From contig NC_067401.1 in the NCBI RefSeq assembly GCF_016432865.1, positions 113,460,001 to 113,524,000 of the forward strand: 64,000 nt of DNA, written 5' to 3'. The notes under the pieces are model-generated. The model had not been told where the DNA came from. It worked only from the letters and a program-made list of their open reading frames with translations, and did not search any database. Positions within the stretch are counted from its first letter, which is position 1, and each line of letters begins with the position of its first letter. This stretch comes from Antechinus flavipes. Its lineage: Eukaryota. The position numbers and the translations under genes were made by a program. Positions 39,701 to 52,521 of the stretch are shown one piece after another.

Positions 39701-41059
39701 AAAGAACAGAGAAGCATCTCAGAGTTGGAGGGGATTTAACATAGAGTCCAGTTATGCCCTTTGAGATGAGGAAACCCAGCACTGTGAAGGCAAAATAACT
39801 TGTCCAAGTTTGCATCACAAAGCCCAGCTCTGCTCATAGCTGTCTAACTACTTTCCCTGTTGCCTATTTCCTCCTCTCTGGGAATAGAGCCAAGCCCACC
39901 TTCTCCCTGCCCAGGCACATACCCCATTGCCCCATGATCACATATATTTGTGGGCTACAGGAGCCAGGCTTCCTGACTTGGACAAGTCTCAGTGACCAAA
40001 GGACTTGATCTTTCAGACTTTATCATGTGGTGACTTTCACCCCAATAAATGTGCACGTTGGACAGCGTCCTGGGAAGAAAAGCCCATTCCCGCCCACACA
40101 TCGTATTTGTATTCCTAGAAATCATTCATAGATTCATAAACCTGGACGGAGACTAAGAAATCATGATGCAATAGCCTCATTTAGAGGTAAGGAAACCAAG
40201 GCACAGATACACTTTAAGCTCCAACTATAACAAATGTAAATCCTACAATCTTACTATGCCCAGGACTGGAGAAGGAAATGGCAAACCATTCGTCTCCTCA
40301 AGAAAATCCCAATGGGTCACAATACTAGAACACCTCAGGGCATTAATGCTAGGTGCCAATTCAGTCATTAGTCAATTAACAAGCATTTACTAAGTCTGGT
40401 GGCACAGTGGATAAAGTAGTGGATCTGGAATCAGGACTAGCTCAATTCAGATCTGGCTTCCAGCATTAGCTATGTGGATAAGTTATTTAATACTCTTTGC
40501 CTCAGTTTCCTCATCTGCCAAATGAACCAGAGAAGAAAACGGCAAACCACTCCAGTATTTTGGCCAAGAAAACTCCAAATGGCATCATGAAAAGTTGGAT
40601 ATGATTGAAATAATTTAAGAATAATAATAAAGGAACCAATCATTGTGCTAAGTACTGAGGAAATAAAGAAAACCATCCCCCCCCCAAAAAAATGCAATCA
40701 TTGTTTTCAAGGAGCTCACAGACCATGGGAAGATAACATATAAGTAACTATGTACAAACAAGAAACTGCAGAGTAAATTAAAGGTGAATACACAGAGAAA
40801 AGGCTTACTTGTCAATAAATGTTTGATATGTATATCTATTTTATATACCCATATACCTGAGGTCATGTAAAAATTTCTTGAGTGAAAAGGGATTGTGAGA
40901 GCAAAAAGTTAAAAAGTCCTTCTTTAGACATCTTAAATGCAAGAAGCATAAAATGGAAGATATTTTCTTTCTCCTCAGGCCTTTCCCTCTTCCTAATTTT
41001 CCCATTATTCTATCAATTTTGTATCAGTATCAGTATCATATCGATACAGTAGCACTAGT

Positions 41060-42100
41060 TTCCCATTGACTTCGGCTCACAACCCAAATCATCCTCCCTC
41101 CATATCCAATGTGTTGCTAAATTCTTTTAATTCTACCCTTCTAACATTTTCTTGCATGTGCTTCTTCTGTCTTTTGCTACTGCTATTACCTTCTTGCAAA
41201 ATCCAAGCCCTGTTTCTCCTCATACTGCATTACTGCAATAACCTCCTGACTGATCTTTCTGTCTTGTATCTCTGCTCATTCCACTTTGTCTTCCACACAG
41301 CAGTCTAACTGGCCTTCCTAAAGCACATGTTTAACCATACTACCTCCTTTTATCATCCCCTTTTCACCCAGTATCAAATAATAGCTAGTGGGATAAAAGA
41401 GGGGTTGGGGTTTTCTTTTTTGATTTGTTTTGTTTTGTTTTTTGAGGATGGGGTCAACATTGGAGTATTTGTAAGCTGTGAGGAGGCAGTCAAGGAGAGA
41501 TTGAAGATTTGAAAGCGTATAAATTATAGAAATGGAAATATTTCAGGGAAGAAAGAAAAGGATGAGTTAATTTGTGCATGAAGAGGGATTAGCAATGGAA
41601 AGGAAAAAAGCCACTTTTTCATATTAGATAGGAAAAAGAAAGAAGTAATGGGAAAAGGCATGTGAGTAATGTGAGATAAAGAGGAAAGAACAGGGAGCTT
41701 TTGGTAAATGGCCTCAATTTTTTTCAGTGAAATATTAGGCAAGATTCTCAGCTCAGAGGATGGGGGCAGGAGGAATCATGGGGAATGTGAGGAGCGATGA
41801 AAATGTTTGAAAAAGCTGCCATGGTAAATGGCATATCAACTAAGAAGGTGTGAAAGAACTGTTTTGTGGCAGTGAGGGCCCAGTTAAGATTATGCAACAA
41901 ATCTGTAGTAAATCCAGTCAACATGGTTTCCTGGTTTTCTCCAGTTTCATTAAGCATTAAGTGCTAATCCTACTTCATTAAGTAAGTGAGAGTGAAAGCT
42001 GAAGATGCTAGGCTGAGACTTGACAAGGTAAGATCAGCCTTAGGATAAAGGGACAAAGAATTTAAGGAAAGAGGTCTTTGAATTAATTCCTCGAGGCATC
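41060..42100. mobile_element. LINE-2 fragments in both orientations
   Basis: Pyrimidine-rich L2 sense piece (cattactgcaataacctcctgactg) followed by a purine-rich antisense piece. Confidence 0.5.
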
Positions 42101-44439
42101 AAAATGGTGAAAGAATAAGAGTATATTCAGTGTGGGGGTGAAGATTTGGGAGGAAATGGAAAAATTGTAGATCAAGGCTTTTTATAGAGAGGCAAAAAAC
42201 AGGGCTTTTTATAGAGAGAGTATTCAAATTGAGCAAAATACAGGTTTTGCAGTCAACAGGTATTATTATTGTTCTTTGATGAACTGTCATGTTTGCTTCT
42301 TTTGGAGGTAGAGGAAGACTTCCTATTTACATATCAAAGCCTCCATACCTTAGCAGATAATATTCATGTGTTTTGCTAAATCACCTCAAAACAGCCTCCA
42401 GTCATGAGCCTCAAATCGTTTAGCTAAATAGACACTGAGCTGAATACACAATTCACCTAGAATACACAATCCACAAAGCCTAAAATTAAAACATTTCACC
42501 TTAAAAGGTAGAACCTGACAGAGTTTGTGTTCCTTTGGAATAACCTTCAAGGACTAAGGCTTATTTTGGGTTATAGTAAAGCTCAGGAGCAAGACAAGAT
42601 CAAATAACATTTATTAAGTCACTGGGGGAACTTTAGACTGGGGCTGACTGGATTGAAAGGTACAGCAGCTAAAGACTACAACAGGATACATTTATTTTCA
42701 AATTTATACGCATACTTAGACATAACAAAATGTTTTTGTGACACTGGTGATTGAGAGGACATAATTGGTAGAGACCAACCCAGGTTGAATGAAAGAAAGT
42801 TGGAGAGTTAATGTCTGAAATGGTATAATGAATCAGTTCTTGTTGGAATCCTTACAAAGTGTTAACTCATTAGAATTGATAGAGACAATAATTATCTAAT
42901 TTAGCATGGTACTTAGCAAATTCTCTAACTAATGTATTTAAGTACTCGTTGGAGTTCACAAGTATGGGAGGTTTACAAAGTTAACTTTGTGAATCTCCCA
43001 TACTTGTGAACTCCAATGAGTTCTTTGGGAAATGAGGATGAATCCAGGAGTTTCGTAATCTCTGGTAGCTTGTATCTGTGTCTAGAATCAAGTGAGCCTT
43101 GATTTGAGGGAGCGTGAGATGAATAGGGGGCTGCAGAGGCTGATAAAGTCCATTTGTCCATTGAACCTTAAGATTTAGTCAATGAGTATAAGCTTTAAGG
43201 TCCAGGATCCCTGTTTATGCACATTGATCCCAATTTTGAAAAACAGTGATGAAGGTTCTGAATCAGACCTTGGATATCAAAATACATACATTTCTGAGCT
43301 TTCCCCTTCTCCCTTACTTTATAGTCTCCATACAAGAGAGATACTCTGAGGAGAACCCAGAACTCAAGAGAGGAGTAAAAGATTTACATCAGCATGACTA
43401 CCCGGGAGTACATATGGATAAAGTCCCATAACAGGAATACTTTAACTAACATTTTTACAAATATCTACAAATAAAAAATAAACTCAAAAAGTATTTTTTA
43501 AAGGTGCAGGCAGAATACCTTGGCAATTCACAGGAATTGGGAAGTATTTCCAGCTTGAGGGACAAGGAATGCTTCTCGAAGGAGGTGATTGGACTTGAAA
43601 AATGTGATAGATTTTCAACCTGTACAGGACAAGTATTATAAGCATTAGGAATTGTGAGGTCAAAGCTATAGAAGTAGAATAATAATAACTGACATTTTAT
43701 ATGACATTTTAAGGTTTGCAAAAAAAACTACATGATTATTTCATAGGAGCCTTACAACAAAAACCTTTTGAAGAAAGCAATACAGATTTTATTAACTCCA
43801 TTTTATAGGTGAAAAAACTGAGAGACCCAGAAAGGTTAAGCGTCTTGCCTAGAGTCACATAACTAGCCAAGTATCAGAGGCTGAATTCAAGACCAGGTCC
43901 TTGATGTCAGAGAAACAATTTGGTTTTTCTCCTGTCTTTTATTTTTTATCTTTCATTTTCAAAGAGGACAAAAGACATCATGATGGGGTTTTCTCCTATT
44001 GGCAAAAAGGAAATTATTTTCAACAGGGGAACAGCATTACCCATCTACCCCATATGTTAGAGAGGGTACCTTGTCATTCATGTAAAGAATAGACAAAAAA
44101 AAATTGGAAGCTAAGAGATCAGTTAGGAGTTCTATTTTAAGTGTTTGAAGGAAGAGGTAATTGAGAAACTGAATCTTTGTGATTTCACTGAAAATGGGGA
44201 AGGAGGGGACTTGAAAATTATTTCAAAGGCAGAGTCAATAAAACTTGGTGATTTATTGGATGTGGTCATTGAAGGAGTGGAAGGAATCAAAGATGACACT
44301 GAAATTACAAAACTGGGTGATTGGCAATAGGATTATGTCATGAACAGAAGCAGGAAAGTTAGGAAGTAGAGCAGGTTTAGGGGATAAAAGAGTTTCTGTG
44401 ATTCATAGGAACAAAGGATTTGGGTTTTAGAGGGGAGGA

Positions 44440-46135
44440 ACTTTGCGCTTTTTTTTTTTTTAAATTAGGTCTACAGTTTATTTTTTCTCAATAATTTTTT
44501 ATCTTTCCAAATACATGTAAAAATAGTTTTCAACATTCATTTTTGTAGGACTTTGTGTGCGAAATTTTTCTCCCTCCTTCCCTTACCTTTCCCTTTCTCA
44601 AACAGTAAGTAATCTGACATAGGTCAAATATGTGCAATTCTTTTAAACATATTTCCATTTTGTCGTGTTGTTTAAGAAAAATTAGATCAAAAGTGAAAAA
44701 AAAATGAGAAAGAAAAAATGAATGAACGAATGAACACAAAAATGAAAATACTATGTTTCAATCCATAGCTTTCTCTATGGATGCAGATGACATTTCCATC
44801 CCAAGTTTATTGGAATTAACTTGAATCACTTCATTGTTGAAAAGAGCCAAGTCCATCTCAGTTGATCATTATATAATCTTGTTCTTATTTTGTACAATGT
44901 TCTCTTGATTCTACTCATTTCATTCAATATCACTTCATTTAAGCCTTTCCAAGCTTTTCTGAAATCAGCCTGCTCATTATTTCTTACAGAATAGTAATAT
45001 TCTATTACCTTCATATACCATAATTTATTCAGTCATTTCCCAATTGATGGATATCCACTGAATTACCAGTTTCTTACCACTTCAAAAAAGGGTTGCTACA
45101 ATTTTTTTTTCTCTTTACAATCTGTTTTGGGATACAGACCCAGTAGTGATATTGCTGGATTAAAAGGTGTGCACTCTTTGAAACCTTTTGGGCATAGTTC
45201 CAAATTATTCTCCAGAATGATTACATCATTTCACAACTTTACCAACAATGCATTAGTGTCCCAGTTTTCCCACATTACTTCCAACATTTATTATTATATT
45301 TTCCTGTCATCTTAACCAATCCGAGAGATAGTAAGTGGCACTTCAAAGTTGTCTTTATTTATATTTCTCTAATCAAGAGCATTTTATATGACCAGAAATA
45401 GTTTTAATTTCTTCATCTGAAAATTGTCTATTCATATCCTTTGACCATTTAAAGATAGTTTTCAACATTTATTTTTGTAAAATTTTGTGTTCCAATTTTT
45501 TCTTCATCCTTCCCTTACCTCCCCTTCCTAAGACAAAAAGCAATCTGATATAGGTTAAACAAGTGTGATTCTTTTAAACCTATTTTTGTGAGAAAAATCA
45601 GACCAAAAAGGGGGAAACCAGGAGAGAAAAAAAGCAAGCAAACAAACAAAAAAGTGAAAATCAGTATCCATTCAGTCTCCATAGTTCCCTCTCTGGATGC
45701 AGATGTTATTTCCCATCCTAAGTCTACTGAACTTGTCTTGAAAATATACTGCATTGCTGAGAAAAGTCCAGTCTATCACAATTGATCATCACAAAATCTT
45801 CCTGTTAATGTGTACAATGTTCTGATTCTGCTCACTTCACTCAGCATCAGTTCACGTTAAGTCTGGCTTTTTTGAAATCAGCCTGCTCATCATTTTCATT
45901 ACATTCATATAACATAACTTTTTCAGTCATTTCCCAACTGATGGAAATCCACTCACTTTCCATTTCCTTGCCACTACAAAAAGAGCTACTTTTTACTACA
46001 AACATTTAAGCATTTGTAGGTCCTTTTCCCTTTTTTATGATCTTTTTGGGATACAGATCCAGTAGTGATACTGATGGATCATAGGATATGTAAAGTTTTA
46101 TAGCCCTTTGGGCATATTTCTAAATTGATCTCCAG
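44440..46135 (-). mobile_element. Two head-to-tail LINE-1 3' fragments (approx. 44440-45432 and 45433-46135)
   Basis: The same reverse L1 3' UTR/ORF2-end motifs appear twice (gttttcaacatt...; gggatacaga.ccagtagtgata.tg). Confidence 0.8.
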
Positions 46136-46644
46136 TAAGGTTCTGGTCCAGGGCTTCTTAACCTGAAGTTTATAGATTCCCCCAAAAGATATGAGGATAA
46201 CAAATAATAGTAACAACTAGCATTGATATAATATTTTAAAGTTTACAAAGTCCTTTGCAAATATTATTTCATTTGATCCTCATAACAATTCTGAAAAGTT
46301 GGTGCTGATTCTCATTTTGCTGATGAGAACTGAAGCAGATAGAAATTAAGTGACTTACCTTGGTTCACATAGCTATTAATGAATGAGGTAGTGTTTGAAC
46401 TGAGGTCTTCCTCAGCCAGGTGGTACAGAAGATAGATAGAGTGAATAGAGCTGCCTGAAGTCAGGAAGATTCATCTTCCTAAATTCAAATCTGATCTCAT
46501 ATAATTTTTAGCTGTGTGACCTTGGACAAATCATTTATCCTGTCTGCCTCAGTTTCTTCATTTGTAAAATGAGCTGGAGAAGGAAATGGCAAAAACATCC
46601 CAGTATCTTTGCCAAGAAAACCACAAAAGGGGTCATGAAGATTC

Positions 46645-47130
46645 TGATTTCAGAAAAGCCTAGAAAGATTTATATGAACCGATGCTGAATGAAGTGAGCA
46701 GAACCAAGAAAACATTGTACACTACGGCATTAAGATTATGTGATGATCAGCTGAAATGGACTTGGCTCTTCTCAACAATGAAGTAATTAAGGCCAATTCC
46801 AGTAGACTTGAGATGGAAAGTGTCATCCCTGTCTAGAGAGAGAACTATGGAGGCTGAATGTAGATCAAAGCAAAGTATTTTTACCTTTTCGTTGTTTGTT
46901 TGCTTGGTTTTTTCCCCTTTTTGATTTGATTTTTCTTGAACAGCATGATGAATATGGAAATATGTTTAGAAGAATTATACATGTTTAACCTATATGAGAT
47001 TGCTTGTTTGAGAATGAGGGAGGAGCGGAGAGAGAGGAGAGAGAGAAAAAATTGTAACACAAGGTTTTGCAAAGGTGAATGCTGAAAACTATTTTTGCAT
47101 GTATTTGGAAAAATAAAATACTATAAAATA
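46645..47130 (+). mobile_element. LINE-1 3' UTR fragment
   Basis: gatttcagaaaagcctagaaag...gatgctgaatgaagtgagcagaacc...caaggttttgcaaaggtgaatgctg...aaaataaaata. Confidence 0.8.
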
Positions 47131-48019
47131 AAAATTAAATTAATTGAATTTAACCGACACCAATTAGGATGAGATTTTTCCTATACAATGTAGAACAAGG
47201 AGGGAAAAGATTACACAGCCAGAAAGTGCTGGACAGTACACTGTGTAAAGTATTGGACTGAAAATCAGAGAGATTTAAATTCAGATCTTGCCTCTGATGC
47301 TTAGCTGTGCTACCCTGGACAAGTCATTTAAACTCTCTTGACCTCAATTTCTTCACCTGGAAAATGGAAAAAAAGTGTTGTTTTTTTTTTAAATCACCTA
47401 TCTTGCAAGACTGTCACAAAGATCAAATGACTTAAACTTTGCATATCTTAATATAGTGTTATATAATAATAATAACAAAGTGTTATGTAAATTTTAGCTA
47501 TTATTTCATGAAGCTGATAATCTAGTATGAACAATTTGCTTTTCAAGTATATAAGAAATTTAACAAACAACTTTCAAAGCTCTACTTGTCCCCATTTCCT
47601 TCTGACCATTATTTTATCCTCTTCTGCATTTTTAAATGCATCAATGATTCATTTTCTCTTTTTAAAATTTTTTATGACATCATCACTAGCCTCTCCTTGC
47701 CCCCTCTTCCTTTTCAAATAGACAACAAAAGAAAACCCTTACAACTGAGAAATCTAATCCAGGAAAATAAATCCCCACATTGGCTATGTACAAAAAAAAC
47801 TCCATCAGGTTTTATTCTTTGAGTTCATTTCTTCTATGTATATGTTTTGGGTTGAATTGAGGGCAGAAAAGATGCCTCAGAGAACAATTACAATAGCATT
47901 GTAAAGAAAAGCAAATTTGAAAAACTTAGGAATTCTGATCATTGCAATGGTGACCACTTGATACTCTTTCCTTCCCTGGTATTAATGACATCGCTTGTCC
48001 TGGTTCTCCTATTTCCCTG

Positions 48020-48560
48020 ATCATTCTTTCTTTTTCCTTTCTAGCTCTAGGTATAGGTTACATCCATTGTGTTGGAAATAATTCTAGCAGTCACTCCCTT
48101 TTTCCTTTCTGTTTCTGATATTCCAGACCATAAGGGCACATTTTTTTTTATTTCCACATTAGTCATATTATGAAAGAAAACAAACCAAAAAACAACAACA
48201 AGAAGAAAAATAAAGAAAACAAAGAAAAAGTATGTTTCAATATGCATTCAGATTTCATCAATTCTCTTTCTGAAGACGAATAGCATTTTTCATTGTAGTG
48301 GTTTGGGATTGTCTGGATCACTTTATGGCTGAGCATAAGTTAATCATAGTTGGTCATCATACAATATTGCTGTTAATGGGTACAATCTTCTCTTGATTCT
48401 GCTCATTTCACTTTGCATCAGTTATTAAGTTTTTTCCAGTTTTTCAGAGAGCATTCTCCTCATCTTTTCTAAAAGCACAATAGAATTCCATCATAATCAT
48501 ATACGAGAACTGGCCCAACCATTTTCCAATGGATAGATATTTCTTCAATTTCCAATTTTT
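48020..48560 (-). mobile_element. LINE-1 3' fragment
   Basis: Reverse L1 3' UTR motifs (gttggtcatcatacaatattgctgttaatg...ctcatttcactttgcatcag). Confidence 0.65.
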
Positions 48561-51500
48561 CTAAGGTCTATTTGCAAGGGAAAATTGATAAAATCTTCTC
48601 TAATCAAGCATAGATGTAGCATCAGAAGGGACCTTAATCCCACATCCTCATTTTATAGAAAAGGAAACCCAGAAAGACTGTTAATTGCCCAAAAGTCACA
48701 GAGGTAGTAACAAAGTAAAGATTGAACTTCATTCAAATCAGTCCACTTTCCACTATACTCCACTACATTACCTACTTAGGAATGTATAGTAAAAAATAAA
48801 TTTCCTCCATAATGTCTGCAATGCCTCATCATGGCTTTGGGTTCTTAGGCTAAGTCAGCAAAGCTCAGGCAAGTCTTACCAAGTAGAAAACACACACACA
48901 CACATATATATAGGCCCAACCTGGAGATATGTCATGAGTAGGTCATCCTAATTAAATCCAGGAAGAATCATCACCTGGTTAGACCACAGGTAATGATTTT
49001 TTTTTTCCACACAACTCATGGGGAACATCTGACCATTTACTAAATCATGAAAATGACTCATATTATAAAACATTTTATGATTTACAAAATACGTTTGTGA
49101 TTCACATCAGTTGGAGGAGGAGGGATTTTGAAATCATTAAGTACTGAAGTTGGTCTAGAGGAAATGAGCACTTAAGCTTTCAATATGAAAGAAGAAAAAC
49201 TGTTTAATTGGGAGTATGAGGACCTGGGTTCTGAATTAGTTTTGTTTTTATGTTGGGCAATGTGTATTTTTTTTTCCTCATCTGTAAAGTGAGAATGGTG
49301 GACTGGAAGACCTCTAAGTTCTTTCCCATTTTAAATCTATGAGGTTTCCATGTCTAGGCTAAGAAATCAGGGAACACGTAATCTTTCCTCCCGGAACACC
49401 CTCACTGGTTTGGGATATTCAATCTTTCCCTATTGTCCACCATAAATTAAGCTCATTGGTTCATCATTGAATCTTAAGCTAATTCTCCGTCAGTTTGGAA
49501 GCTTTCTGATGGCATAGATAAGGGGAGGTTGTGGAATCCCAACCAAACCTCTAGACATTCATGTAATGAATTTGCTATTTCCCCTCCCTTGGATGAGGCC
49601 CTGAGAGATGTTACTAGATCAGATACTCATAAAGATGACTTAGAAATCATCTAAGCCAACTTCCTCACTTTATAAACTGAATCTCATGAGACTGAAGGTT
49701 GCTCGAGTAGCAAGCAGAAAAACTGAGATTTCAGCCCAGGTCGCATGACTTCAGAAGCCACTTGATTAAAGTCACACAGTCAATGTTAGATCTGGATCTA
49801 CAACCCAGATGTCTTTCTGCTGGGTTTTCCTAGAAGTAAATGAAAAACTTCTTGGAAAATTAGGCACAGAAGGACTTAGAATGAGTGAGAGGGATGATAG
49901 AAACAGGCTTCTGGGAGGGAGTAACGCTAAGTAATCATTTTTTGTAAAGTAAGCATACCAAGCTGTCATTTTGACCCAACCATGCTCTTTTTCCTCCCCT
50001 TTTCAGATTTCTCTCCCTCATAAGCAAAAATCCACTCAAGAGCTTGACCTTAATGAGCTCTCACCCCTCCAGCAAAATTGTAAAATCTACTTATTCACAT
50101 TAAAATGTAAATGACTGAAACCAGCTTAAAGCAAAAGGACTCCCAGGGATATTTGCATTTTAACCCTAGCAAGAACCTTAAACTAAAGAGATGAGGCTCT
50201 TGGTTGACTTTGAGGTGCCAAGAAAGGGTGTGAGAATTATTATTGTTTGAAATAGCTATGATCCATCATCCAGGGAGCGGGTGGAGGAGTGGGGTGGGAC
50301 TGTTCTAAGGCAGGCTCTGCCCCTAAGTGGAGCTGGTTACTTGCTTTCGGAGACATTCTGGGATTGCTGACCTGCGTTTTTTGTGGAATGTTCATGCCAG
50401 AAGAAAAGTGACTTCATGGTTTAGAGGAGTTTGACTTTGGCCCTAACTAGCCATATGATATTAGGTACGTCTCTAAGCTAAGATATGAAGGATGTAAAAT
50501 GCTGTAGAAATAGAAGCTCCTATAACAGAGGCAGCTAAGTACATTGCGGATAGAGGACTGGAACTGGAGTCAGGAAGACCTGAGTTGGAATGTTTCCTCT
50601 GGCACCAGCTGTGTAACGCTGGGAAAGCCATTTCCCCACTGTCTGCCTCAGTTTCCTCAACTGTATGGGGGACAATAATAGTAACCACTTCCCAGGGTTG
50701 TTGTGAGGATCAAATGAACAATTAGCAAAATACCTAGCAAAATAAGAGGCTGCTTATCTTGAGAATCTGTTACAAGCATATGCCCAAGGAAGGAGAAATA
50801 GCTAATTTATTAAGTCATTGTGTTCCCTCTAGTTGTTTGGTTGAAAAGCCATAAACTTCCTCTCCCCCATGCCTCAGAAAGTTTCCTAAATGGATGAGAA
50901 TTTACTTAGAATTTGTTTCGTGGTAGGAGGAAAAGAAAAACTGAATACCCCCAACTTCAGTACTCCCTTCTGGGAGGGAAGTTCTTGGTGGAAGTAGTCA
51001 CAATGGACCAGCCCAGATCTACAACTACATCCTTGATTTAGAAAATCTTCACTGACCTAATGTGGTGCTAACAAAATTCAGGGCTACACCCCAAGAAGCT
51101 AGTCAGCCCCCGTTATGCCGGAGTGGCAACAACCATTCCTCACATGTAGGAAGAGAAACGGAGGTAGAGAATAAGGGAGGTGGGGAGATGAAGACCAGGA
51201 TGAGGACCTATCCCTTACTTGCTGACCCTTATGCCTCTTTCTTCCCTCTCTCCCAAAACTCTTTCCCTGAGAATCCACTGACAAGCGGAGACACACCCAT
51301 GAGCATAGGAGGAGGTCATCTAATTATATAAAGCTGACAGATCTCTGAGACTGCATAACGGCTGTGGAAAGAGCAGCAGACTTGGAAAAGAGAAGATATA
51401 GGTCCAAATTTCACTTGCCATCAAGTGTCCTTGGACCAACCACTTAATATCTCTCTGGAGTTTCCTCATTTGCAAAAAAGAGGAAGTTAGATATAAAGAT

Positions 51501-51967
51501 CTCTAAGAGCCTTTCAGGCTGTAAATCAATAATCTTAGGTTCAGCTATAAAAGGGGCATTCAAGGAAATGTTTCAGTGGCATTTAGACGTCCTTGTCCTG
51601 TTTGTTTTACTTTAAGCCAGGAATTGTTACAGATTTAGACTCGATAGGGAATCTTTGGGAGCTGCAGGAAGTTTCTGACCATCTTTGGATCTGGTCCACC
51701 TAATTCAGAAGTTCCCACCACCCCCACCACTCCCAAGGAGACAGAGGCCCAGAGAAGTAACTTAGACAAAATCATAAATAAAAAAAATACTAATAACTGA
51801 TAGAGATAAGATCTGAACCCCAGGTCTGCTGAATCCCAATGCATCAGGTTAAAGAACAAAGGGATTGGCCAAAGAAAAGTCAGCCATGAACTCAGGAGGG
51901 TTCTAGGAACAAAGGAAGTATAGGTGAATAAAGGAGAAGACAACATGGTAATTCAGGGATTCCAAGA

Positions 51968-51973
51968 TTTATT
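51968..51973 (-). terminator. Polyadenylation signal of IVL (AATAAA)
   Basis: Canonical hexamer about 550 nt after the stop codon (gap included), followed by GU/U-rich CATGTTGTCTTCTCCTTT. Confidence 0.7.
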
Positions 51974-52521
51974 GCTAGAAACACAAATGCCCATTCACAT
52001 CGAGATGGTCACACAGACACCTTAGCAGGACACAAAATTTAAGGATGAAATTTATGACACCACAAAGGTTATACAATCCAGTGAGTAAAGCCTCAATTCC
52101 CAAGGTGTGGATGAGGTTGGGATGGGGAAGGGGAAAGGCAGGTCAAGAGAGAGAGTGTCTCCCCTCTTTCAGTGACTGCCCCCTGTCCTAGAGATAGATG
52201 AAAAATACAGAGAGAGAAAGGGAATCATGGACATTCACAGGATGAGGTAGACCTCCCAGGCTGGAGAAAGCATGANNNNNNNNNNNNNNNNNNNNNNNNN
52301 NNNNNNNNNNNNNNNNNNNNNNNNNNNNNNNNNNNNNNNNNNNNNNNNNNNNNNNNNNNNNNNNNNNNNNNNNNNNNNNNNNNNNNNNNNNNNNNNNNNN
52401 NNNNNNNNNNNNNNNNNNNNNNNNNNNNNNNNNNNNNNNNNNNNNNNNNNNNNNNNNNNNNNNNNNNNNNNNNNNNNNNNNNNNNNNNNNNNNNNNTTCC
52501 CAATGGGGAAGCTGAGGAAAA

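Noticed and set aside
51547-51554. TATAAAAG on the plus strand as an IVL antisense promoter
   Set aside because: Several such 8-mers are expected by chance in 64 kb of AT-rich DNA, and there is no supporting structure.
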